Below, one piece after another: positions 25,657 to 36,784 of a stretch of 64,000 bases of DNA. A program made the position numbers and the translations under genes. Where the stretch lies: contig JAAOMT010000617.1 in the NCBI GenBank assembly GCA_016748015.1, positions 1 through 64,000 of the forward strand, given 5' to 3'. Below the pieces are notes generated by a model. That model made no database searches. It had not been told where the DNA came from and worked only from the letters and a program-made list of their open reading frames with translations. Origin of the DNA: Geosiphon pyriformis uo1 (taxonomy: Eukaryota; Fungi; Glomeromycota). How positions within the stretch are numbered: position 1 is the stretch's first letter; every line of letters begins with the position of its first letter.

Positions 25657-25989
25657 AAAAACTGTTAATAATAAAAAATTATTTAATATAAAAAATATAA
25701 AATTAGATATTAAAAGTTTAATTATAATAAAAAATTACTTAATTTAAAAAAAATAAAATTAGATATTAAAAGTTTAATTATAATAATAATAAATTTAATA
25801 TTAAAAATAAACAATTTAATTTGTTTTTAAATTTTATAGCTTATTATTTTAATAATTAACTTAATTAAAAAAGTTATTATGTATAATATATATAGTATAA
25901 ACAATTTTATTAAGCAAAAAATATAGTAAAATAATATAAAATTATAAATAGTTTTATTTTTGTTGTTAAATTAACTGTTATTATAAGTA

Positions 25990-26440
25990 ATTCAATGGTT
26001 AAAAAAAATTAATGAAAGTCTTGGCTTCAGATTTAGTTAATAAGAGTCTTGTTTAATGGCAGAAAGTGTCTTTGGAAAATGTTAAACATTTAAAAAATAA
26101 AGCAAATTTAAAATTTAGAAAAGTTAAGCAAATAATTAGACAGTTTAATGAAATAAATATTAATAAAAAAATGCTGATAGTTTTTTTTGCTAATAATAAT
26201 GCTAAATATAAAGTTAACAATAAGAGTAAAAGTTATTTTAACTCAAACATGAATATTCCTAAAGCCAAAAAGATTAATACTGGTGAGATAATTGGTTTTT
26301 TTATTAGAACATTAGAATACAGTTTAGATAATGATAAAGTTGTGCTTTTTTCTTGCCTTTTAGTGTTTTTAAATAAAAAATAAATTGACCTAAGATTACC
26401 AAAACTCAAGTAAAGATACCTGTTAAAAAATTTTTTATAT
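25990..26440 (+). mobile_element. Decayed LINE ORF1 N-terminal fragment, interrupted by element C
   Basis: ORF 26066-26383 and the following 'PVKKFF' resemble the ORF1 segment at 24559-24759; it stops abruptly at an LTR terminus. Confidence 0.55.
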
Positions 26441-26830
26441 TATTATAGTTAATTATTTAGGGTGTTGAAACAAATAATAAATCTTTAACTTGGTGCTTAA
26501 TAGCTGTTAATGATAATAGTTTCTGAAAGTATTAAAGTTTAAAAATTTTGATTAAATTCTTTGTATAATAGACAAAAATTTAATTGATAGTTTTTTTTAT
26601 AAATTTTTTTTTTTTAGCATAGTAACCAGTTTATTCTGACAGTTATGCTCTTCTAGTAAGCTATTTTTAAGCTTTTTACTCTTGTTTCTGAGTTTTTTAC
26701 CAGACTATTTTTGATGTTAATTACTTAGTACTTAATTTTTTTAATTAATTAGTAAACAACAAAGAAAACAATATAAAAAAAAATAAAAAAAATAGGAAAA
26801 AAAAATAAAAAATTAGTATTCTGTTAATGT

Positions 26831-27782
26831 TGTTACCAGTAGAATTTTAGCTATTAATTAGCATGAAAATTACCCTTATAATTCCTATAATTCATTAGTA
26901 TATTAATATCATTTCAAATTATCATTTATTATTTAATCAATTATCACATATCACGATTCAATTAAAATAATCTAATTGTATAACAGAAAGTAGGATGATC
27001 AAATTGCACAATACCCTGAACTTTGTAACATTCAAAAATTCGCCGAAATTATGAATAGTTCACCCAAATTAATTAATAGTTCAGCAAAATAACCTGTAGT
27101 TTATCAAAATGTATCTTTAGTTTGCCGAAATTTGAGCAAAGAAAAAAAGTGCAAGTTCATAGACTAATACTACAACAAGTTGTATAAAAGAAAAGCTTTT
27201 CTCTTTTGGAAAATGTATCTTACTTTAGATTTATCTCTTAAAACCGTTCCTATACACACAAAAAGAAATAAATATCAAATAATTCAAAAAACCAAATTCT
27301 TTAATTATTGCACTTGGAAAATTCCCAAAACTCAACTAACGTTTTGAAATTGATTAGCTACCAATTTCAGTAAACTGTTAGTGACTCCAGGCCTGGATAG
27401 AAAAACGTTTCTCTTGACAAAATTTTATTTCTTTTACATTTCTTTTATTCTCCTTTTCTTTTCTTATTACAATCATTAGGGTAGCCTACAGATGAGATTC
27501 CTGTAGAAGAGTTGACTTTCACAGCAAAGTAACTATACATTTTAGTGAGCTTCCAGACAAGCAATTTCTGGGAAAGAGTTGATGTTTACTACAATGTAAC
27601 TACATAAAGTAACTGGCAAGGAATTGGCCATTCCACTCATAAGCCCAGCAAGTTCAAATTATAGGAGATAATTTGAAGATAAATTCAGTTACTGGAGGTC
27701 CAACTACTTCCTGGAAATGTGAATTCACAGCAAACAGGTATCAACAACATTTAAGAAAAGAGACCAAAAACCTCCGGTAACA
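26831..27782 (+). repeat. 5' LTR of element B (952 bp)
   Basis: TGTTAC...GTAACA; direct repeat of 35832-36784. Confidence 0.97.
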
Positions 27783-27827
27783 TTTGGTGCTCTCCCATGA
27801 AAATAACACAGCAACAACAAATTCAAA

Positions 27828-30800
27828 GTGGCGACCACACCAGACACAGCAACTCTAGAGTATTATCAGTCAATTTACACCCACTGCAAGCAAAGATTCA
27901 ACATTCCAGACGGAATTGAAGTTGTAAAGAAATCAGTATACCAATACATTGAAAACCGCATCAACAATTATCTTTTTGGAAACTACAACATTTCAGAAGT
28001 TAGAAGTAACCTCTACAATAATTTAGTGCACTATTCACAATTGGGAACAGAAGACTTGAATAGTGAAACACTTGCTACCTACTTCCAAGAACTTAATTTT
28101 AATATTATTAAGTATTGTGAAGAAAAATATCCAGTACAGTCTAAATACTCTTTTGACTTTGAATCAGAAACAGAAACAAGCAATAAAGGCAAACAAAGAT
28201 TGAAGCAATACTCAAGAACCACTCCAAACACTCCAACACTACAAAAGACAACTGCCAAACACTTGCAAACACCTGAACAAGGAACCAGTGTCAAATTACC
28301 ACTTTCTATTACACCATTTCCAATTTTACTTGTTCAACCACAAACACCAAGTTCACCACTTAGCCGTTTCTCCAGACCAGAAGATTTTCAGTCACCTAGA
28401 AATCCTACTCAACAGCAGGAACCAATATCAACAAGTGCCAATATCATTAATTACTTACAGAAAAATGAAAGTAATCACTCAGAAAGCTTGGAAAGTAAAG
28501 AAACTGAATCAGAACCAGAAGAAATTACAGAAAACGAAGAAGAAATGGCAACTGCTTACATTGCAAAAATCCCAGAGTTCACTGGAGAAAACAATGATAC
28601 CAGTCCTCAAGAATGGCTTGACAAGGTTCAAAAAGCAGGAGACGCAAATGGTTAGATTGCAGCGAGAATGCTCAAAGCAATTCTCTACTTTCTCCAAGGA
28701 ACAGCAGGAGAATGGTTTGAAAATTTAGAAAAACCATTCAAAAACTGGCAAGCATTCAAAGATGCTTTTCTACAACAATTCACTGACAACAATACCTCTA
28801 TCACTCTCAGAAACCACTTTTGCAATATCAAACAAGAAACATCTGAATCTGTTATGACCTATCTTGGAAGGTTTAACAAACTTCTCAGATGAATCTGACA
28901 ATTGGAAACCAATGACTACTATTCTGATGCTCAAATTCTGGATCAGTTTATAGCAGGATTAAAAGACAAATTGATTAAGAAAGTCTGTCCACATGCTCTA
29001 GCAGACTTAGCAACTGCTATTAGACATGCAAAAAGCTATAAAATGGCAATAGAAGAAGCAAATTACACCAAGCTTGTAAACCTTGCAATTGGAAAAACCA
29101 GTTCAGCAGCTGAAGAAAAAATAAACCAACTTGCAAAGAAAGTTGAAAGCTACTTCACAAACCAACAACAACCACAAAAATATCAACCTCCACAATGACA
29201 CAACCAAAACAATTTTGGATCATTATCCAACAACCAATTTCAAAATTGTCATTATTGTAGAATTCCAGGACACTGGAAACGAGATTGTAGGAAATTGCAA
29301 AGAGACCAACAAAACAGAAGTAATCAATGTTACTCTTTACCACAACAATCCTATTACCAATCTCCACCACCAACCTATTATTCACCAAGACCCCAAAATC
29401 AAAACTACTATCCACCAGCTCCACAATCAATGCAGCAACAATATCAGCAACTTTTACCAATTCAGCCATATCAGACACCACCCACTCAACAATATCAAGT
29501 ACCAGCAAGAAGATTGGTTCAACATAACCAATTCACACACCAAAATCAATTGCAGAATAACCACAACAGAATCAATCCAAATAGCCAGTTGGTTCCCCAA
29601 AATTCGGGCCAGCAAAGACCCAATCACTATCACACTCAACCCAGTTATCTTACAATACCAGAGGAATCGGATTTTCAACAAACTGCACTTTCTGAAGATG
29701 ANNNNNNNNNNNNNNNNNNNNTACTATCCACCAGCTCCACAATCAATGCAGCAACAATATCAGCAACTTTTACCAATTCAGCCATATCAGACACCACCCA
29801 CTCAACAATATCAAGTACCAGCAAGAAGATTGGTTCAACATAACCAATTCACACACCAAAATCAATTGCAGAATAACCACAACAGAATCAATCCAAATAG
29901 CCAGTTGGTTCCCCAAAATTCGGGCCAGCAAAGACCCAATCACTATCACACTCAACCCAGTTATCTTACAATACCAGAGGAATCGGATTTTCAACAAACT
30001 GCACTTTCTGAAGATGAAGTTGCAGTGCTAAGATCAAACCTGTCCAACCACACCATTGTCCCAGCTCAAATTGCCCAAAATGCTAATCTGTCAAATATAT
30101 TTCCATTCGAATTTGAAGCAAATGAATCATCATTTCTGCTTAGTAATGCAGCAGTCAATAAACAGAAAGCAATTACTGCCATGTACACAGAAGCTACAGT
30201 AGAAAGAAAACCCATTCGCTTAATCTTAGATAGTGGATCAGCTGGAAGTATTATTACTTACCAGCTGATGCAACAACTCAAACAAAACATAGACAGACCA
30301 GCTCAAACAGTTATTGTCACAGCTGATGGTATGAAGAAGACTCCAGTAGGAGAAATTGATGATTTCCCTTTTTCAATTGATGGAATCACCATTCCAGTTA
30401 AAGTTCTTGTTATGGATGCACCCCAATACCAAGCTCTAGTCAGAAATGACTGGCTTCTCAAGGCCAATGCAAACCTGAACTGGGAAACTCAAGAACTTAA
30501 AATCTCATACCAAGGACAATATACCATAGTACCTGCAATCTGTGGTATCTTTAACAAATGTTCAGAAAAAGCTCCAGTATTTGAATTTGAAGAAGAGAAA
30601 GAAATGCCACTTACTGAAACCTACATGGCTCTTGGATCAACATCCAATTGGGCTGAAGAAACTGAACAAGAGATTTTTGAAGAATCAAGGGGATAGAAGA
30701 AAGTTAGATATTCTACACCAGAACCACAGAAACAACCACCCTATATTCTACTCAAATGCAAAAATTGCAACAAAAAACTTTCATCGATGGGAGCATGTAT

Positions 30801-33753
30801 TTCTCCAGAAGAGGAATATGAAACTCGTACCTGTTACTTTTGCAAAGCATGCCATAGAGAATGATTTGGATCTCCAAAAAAAAATGGAAAATGGGACAAC
30901 ACACCTTGCCTTACATGTAGAGAAATGCTACCAGAAGAATGCAATTGGATTGATGTAGCAATGAGAGGAGGAGTATGTGATCAAACCTGTCAATATGCTC
31001 TATCAATTTCGGAAAAAGTCAGAAGAGGAACACCATTTGATGCAGCATACAACAGTGCTCTCAATAAACTTTACCACTACCCTCATAATGCTGAAATGAT
31101 TTTTGACCTAACAATAGCATTAATCAATAGAGCCACCCAAAAAGATGTCTGCCAAATGAAAGAAGCTAAATATATTGAGTATACTATGGAATTAGCTGGA
31201 TTTAATTATGAAGATGAAGTAGAAATCTACCACCAAATTGCGAGCCACATATATCCAACCAAAAAAGCTCAAATTCAACGATTAGAGCAAATGAATATTC
31301 AATTGTGTGAAGAATGTGTTATGCCTTGTGATGACCAATGGTGTTTAGAATGTTATGCTCTTAGCATTCCTCTGCCAGAAGAGAATGATGAAAACAAAAT
31401 TGAATTTGGAATATCTGAACTAGTAGAAGAACTACCAACCACTCCCATCTATCTTCTTGAAAAGCAATCACCTCTACAACTTAAATATTTTGACAACCAT
31501 GGCCAAGGAATCAGACCAGAAAAAGCACACGAAATTGATGCTAAATATAACCTAAGATACCCAGGAAAAGATACTTTGATTCTCTAATCCAAGTCTTTGA
31601 CAAAAATCAATCTCAAAATTGCTCTTGAAATTCCACCAGAAGCAATGATTCAAATTGCCTCCAGATCATCATTGGCAAGCAAAAGAATCAATATTAGAGG
31701 AGGAGTTATAGATGCAGGATACACTGGAGACATTATCATCATGTTACAGAATGAGACAGACAAACCATTCAAAATTGAACATGCTGAAAAAATTGCTTAA
31801 GCAATTTACTTACCCTTAATCAACATTTCGGGTTTACAATCAGTAAACAACAGAGAACAATTGGGAAAAAGTGAAAAAAGAACTCAAGGTTTTGGTTCAA
31901 CTGGACGATTTACAGTTCCAGTAAACATAGTTCTTAATACACAAAATGAATCTCACCAGATTTTTCAACTTCCTCAGCCAATTACCATTTCACCTTTTGA
32001 AGAACATCACGAAATTTACACTTGCTCAAAACCCACCACTACACAACAAATCTTTGAATCCAATAAACAAATCTGTTTGAAGCATGAAATATCAATTCCA
32101 AACGTTTATATTCCCAAAGGAATGAAAAAATTTCAAGTTACATTCTACAACCCCAATAATTACCCTATTGTTTTATTAAACAAATTAGAAATTGGAATCA
32201 TACACAGCAATATCTTTCAAGATGAAAACCCTCAGATTGTCTCTAATTTCATCGAAATTGTAAAGCACACTCTACTCCCAAATCCAAATATCATTTCTAC
32301 TATTGAAAACTACCACTTGTTGGAAGAAAAACTCTCTCGAATCAATATGGGTCCCTTAGAACCTCAACAACAAAGACAATTGAAACAATTGATAGCTGAA
32401 TTTGCAGATATATTTGCAAAAAACAACAATGACTTGGGAAAAACAGATATTGTTCAACATCAGATCCATACAGAAGATGCCCTACTAAGACGTCAACAAG
32501 CTTATTAAGTGCCACCTGCCAGCCACCAATTCATTAGAGAAGAGGTCCAAAGAATGCTCAATAACGGATTGATTCAACCATCAAAAAGTCCTTGGGCTTC
32601 ACCAGTAGTTTTAGTTAAAAAGAAAAACGAAAAAATCAGATTTTGTGTTGATTATAGACAACTGAATAGTGTTACAATTGGAGATGCCTACTCTCTTCCA
32701 AGAATTGATGACATGCTAGATGCTCTAGGAAAAACCAAGTTCTTTTCAACTTTAGACCTGGAAAGTGGATACTGGCAAGTCGAAATGGACCCAAAAGATA
32801 AACCCAAAACAGCATTCACCACTCAAGGAGGAAATTATGAGTTTAATGTTATGCCTTTTGGACTCTGCAATGCACCAGCAACATTTTAGCGACTTATGGA
32901 TGTTGTCTATAAAAGACTCTTGTGGCAATCAGTAGTTGTTTATCTTGATGATACTGATGTATACTCACCAAGCTTTGAAGCCCATCTCATTTACTTGTGA
33001 GAAGTTTTTCAACGATTACAAAAAGCAGGATTAAAGTTAAATATTGAGAAATGTCATTTTGGAAAAACAAGCTTGATCTTTCTTGGACACATAGTTAGTA
33101 AAGATGGAATCAAACCAAATCTAAGAACAATCAATGCTGTCAAAAACTTTCAAACCCCCAGAAATACTACAGAATTAAAAAGATTTGTGGGATTATTCTC
33201 TTACTATCGAAAATTCATAAAAGGATTCTCAGAAATTGCCAAACCAGTCAATTATCTTACCAACAAAAATGTACCATACAAATGGACTGAAGAACAACAA
33301 AAAGCTTTTGAAATTCTCAAAACAAAATTGACAATAGCCCCAGTTCTTGCTTACCCAAACTTTAACAAATGATTTCAATTAGCCACTGATACTTCACACA
33401 TAGCATTTGGTGCCATCTTATCACAATTGGATGAAAATGGCCAAGAACAAGTTATTGCCTATGCCAGCAGAACACTCAAGCCAACAGAACTCAAATATGA
33501 CTCAACTGAATTAGAAGCTGCTGCAGTTATTTGGGCTCTTAAATATTTTTAACAATATCTGAAGAATAAAAAAGAATTTGACATAATAACGGACAACATT
33601 GGCCTCAAATGGCTCAATAAAAAGAAAACTGAACAAAGTGCCAAACAGTCTTGATGGAATGACTTTTTAGCAGACTACAGATATATTGTACACCACAAAC
33701 CAGGAAAACTACATACCAATGTTGATAGTCTTTCAAAAATGAGACAAAATTAA
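27828..33753 (+). pseudogene. gag-pol: gag-protease-Cys-rich-dUTPase-RT-RNase H polyprotein of element B
   Basis: One reading frame once the 316-bp gap duplication is removed. Capsid, CHYCRIPGHWKRDC knuckle, LILDSGS, dUTPase (RSS, GVIDAGY, QGFGSTG), RT FCVDYRQLN / GYWQ / MPFGL / YLDD, RNase H. Only nonsense lesions seen. Confidence 0.95.
31510..31905 (+). pseudogene. dut: dUTPase domain of element B
   Basis: AKYNL (decayed AGYDL), ASRSS, GGVIDAGYTG, KIA*A, RTQGFGSTG. Confidence 0.9.
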
Positions 33754-33810
33754 TACCAACAACAATTCCACCACAACTTACCAACTTACTAACAAAATAA
33801 CCAAACAAGA

Positions 33811-35196
33811 ATAGATCCCAGAAACTACAGCAATCTTAAAAATTATTTGGAGACTCTTACCATGCCAGAAAACTGGTCTCCAAGTGAAAAACACTGCTTA
33901 CAACACCAATCAAAACAATATTTCATACACCAGAACAAAATTTATTATAAAAATCACAGAAAACCAAACCAGTCACTCAGATTAATACAAGAGAATGAAA
34001 AAGAAACAATTTTATACAACATGCACACAGATCCGTCTTCAGCACACTTGGGAAAAGAGGAAACAATTCAAAGAACCCTTGAACATTATTTTTGGCCTCA
34101 CATGTAAAAAGACATTCGACAATATATAGAATCTTGTGATAATTGTCAAAGAAGAGAAGAAACTCACTCCACAGAACCTCTAAATCCAATCAAAGTTGGA
34201 CAACCTTTTGACAGAGTTGGAATTGATTTAGTCAGACCATTATTTATCACAACCCAAAGAAATCATTATATTGCAGTTGTAGTGGATTATCTTACCAAAT
34301 GGCCTGAAGCTAGAGCCATCCAAAGAGCAGATGCAAAATCAGTAGCAAATTTCATCTATGAAGACATTATCTGTAGACATGGATGCCCAATTGAACTCTT
34401 ATCTGATCAAAGAACACATTTTGTGAACAACCTGATACAAGAAATTTGTGAATGGTTCAATGTCAAAAAACCTCTATCATCACCTTATCACTCCCAAATA
34501 AATGGACTTGTAGAACATTTCAACAGAACATTGTGTGAATCTCTAGTCAAAGTCTCAACAGACTTTGAACAGGAATGAGATATCTTTATTCCATTAGTGT
34601 TACTAGCATACAGAACACTAAAACAAGATACTACGAAACACACACCATTTGATCTTACTTATAGAAGAACAGCAATATTACCAATTAATTTCACAATGGA
34701 AACATACCCAGTGCAACCAATCAATGAAGAAAACTTTCAAGAAACACTCCAAAGAAGAGCCTACACTCTTCTTAGTATACTGGAAGGAAAAAGAAAAATA
34801 GCAGCAACTCATATTAAACATTCCCAAGCTCAACAAAAAGAAAGACATAACAACAAATTACCACCTATTACCAACGAATTTAAAGTTGGAAATAAAGTTC
34901 TTTTACACAAAACTAAGGCTGAAAAACAATGGAGTGAGAAATTTGAAAACAAATGGGATGGACCATTTTATATTTACGAAATTCTAGGCAATAGATCATA
35001 CAAGTTAAGACTTGATGACAAAATACTAGCAAAAGTTGCACATGGAAACAGATTGAAACACTATCATTCCAAAAACAATCCTGAACCATTAATTTCACAA
35101 ATTGGTACACATTCCCCTTTAATTAATCCTGAAGATATTCCCCGAAATTTAGAATCAATAATTATAATAGAACAACAACCAAACTTGAACACTTAA
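33811..35196 (+). pseudogene. Integrase of element B
   Basis: MHTDP..AH...CDNC, GIDLV, SDQ, NGLVEHFN, WDGPF. Confidence 0.93.
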
Positions 35197-35831
35197 ATTT
35201 TACAATAATTCTTTAATAAAAACACAAAAACAAAAATAGTAAATAATTACAAAACACCCAAACCCAAAAACAAATAAAAACCCCATATCCAAAAATAATT
35301 TTCTTTATTNNNNNNNNNNNNNNNNNNNNNNNNNNNNNNNNNNNNNNNNNNNNNNNNNNNNNNNNNNNNNNNNNNNNNNNNNNNNNNNNNNNNNNNNNNN
35401 NNNNNNNNNNNNNNNNNNNNNNNNNNNNNNNNNNNNNNNNNNNNNNNNNNNNNNNNNNNNNNNNNNNNNNNNNNNNNNNNNNNNNNNNNNNNNNNNNNNN
35501 NNNNNNNNNNNNNNNNNNNNNNNNNNNNNNNNNNNNNNNNNNNNNNNNNNNNNNNNNNNNNNNNNNNNNNNNNNNNNNNNNNNNNNNNNNNNNNNNNNNN
35601 NNNNNNNNNNNNNNNNNNNNNNNNNNNNNNNNNNNNNNNNNNNNNNNNNNNNNNNNNNNNNNNNNNNNNNNNNNNNNNNNNNNNNNNNNNNNNNNNNNNN
35701 NNNNNNNNNACTCACAGAACTGAAATTTCAACAATTTTCAGACCAGATTACTTCAATTATTTTAGATTACTATCTCAATATTACAGATAGTGCTTGGACT
35801 TCGACGGAGCTCAGTCTTGAGGAGGAGATTA

Positions 35832-36784
35832 TGTTACCAGTAGAATTTTAGCTATTAATTAGCATGAAAATTACCCTTATAATTCCTATAATTCATTAGT
35901 ATATTAATATCATTTCAAATTATCATTTATTATTTAATCAATTATCACATATCACGATTCAATTAAAATAATCTAATTAGTATAACAGAAAGTAGGATGA
36001 TTAAATTGCACAATACCCTGAATTTTGTAACATTCAAAAATTCGCCGAAATTATAAATAGTTCACCCAAATTAATTAATAGTTCAGCAAAATAACCTGTA
36101 ATTCATCAAAATGTATCTTTAGTTTGCTGAAATTTGAGCAAAGAGAAAAAGTGCAAGTTTATAGACTAGTACTATAATAAGTTGTATAAAAGAAAAGCTT
36201 TTCTCTTCTGGAAAATGTATCTTACTTTAGATTTATCTCTTAAAACCGTTCCTATACACACAAAAAGAAATAAATATCAAATAATTCAAAAAACCAAATT
36301 CTTTAATTATTGCACTTGGAAAATCCCCAAAACCCAATTAACGTTTTGAAATTGATTAGCTACCAATTTCAGTAAACTGTTAGTGATTCCAGGCCTGGAT
36401 AGAAAAACGTTTCTCTTGACAAAATTCTATTTCTTTTACATTTCTTTTATTCTCCTTTTCTTTTCTTATTACAATTATTAAGGTAGCCTACAGACAAGAT
36501 TCCTGTAAAAGAGTTGACTTTTACAGCAAAGTAACTATACATTTTAGTGAGCTTCCAGACAAGCAATTCCTGGGAAAGAGTTGACGTTTACTACAATGTA
36601 ACTACATAAAGTAACTGGCAAGAAATTGGCCATTCCACTCATAAGCCCAGCAAGTTCAAATTATAGGAGATAATTTGAAGATAAATTCAGTTACTGGAGG
36701 TCCAACTACTTCCTGAAAACGTGAATTCACAGCAAACAGGTATCAACAACATTTAAGAAAAGAGACCAAAAACCTCCAGTAACA
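35832..36784 (+). repeat. 3' LTR of element B (953 bp)
   Basis: Direct repeat of the 5' LTR, preceded by the PPT. Confidence 0.97.

Larger units (their letters stand above)
26831..36784 (+). mobile_element. Element B: full-length Ty3/gypsy LTR retrotransposon (family 2), among the least decayed in the window
   Basis: LTRs 26831-27782 and 35832-36784 (~97% identical by eye). TSD ATGT (26827-26830, 36785-36788). PBS TGGTGCTCTCCC at 27785-27796. PPT GAGGAGGAGA at 35819-35828. Confidence 0.97.

Noticed and set aside
29406-30017. Exact 296-bp duplication in gag of element B (29406-29701 and 29722-30017) with an apparent frameshift
   Set aside because: The identical copies flank a 20-N scaffold gap, so this is an unmerged contig overlap. 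Removing 316 bp restores one frame; it is not a programmed gag-pol frameshift.
35213-35734. ORFs made mostly of X
   Set aside because: They are translations of a 400-N gap, which probably hides most of family-2 ORF3.
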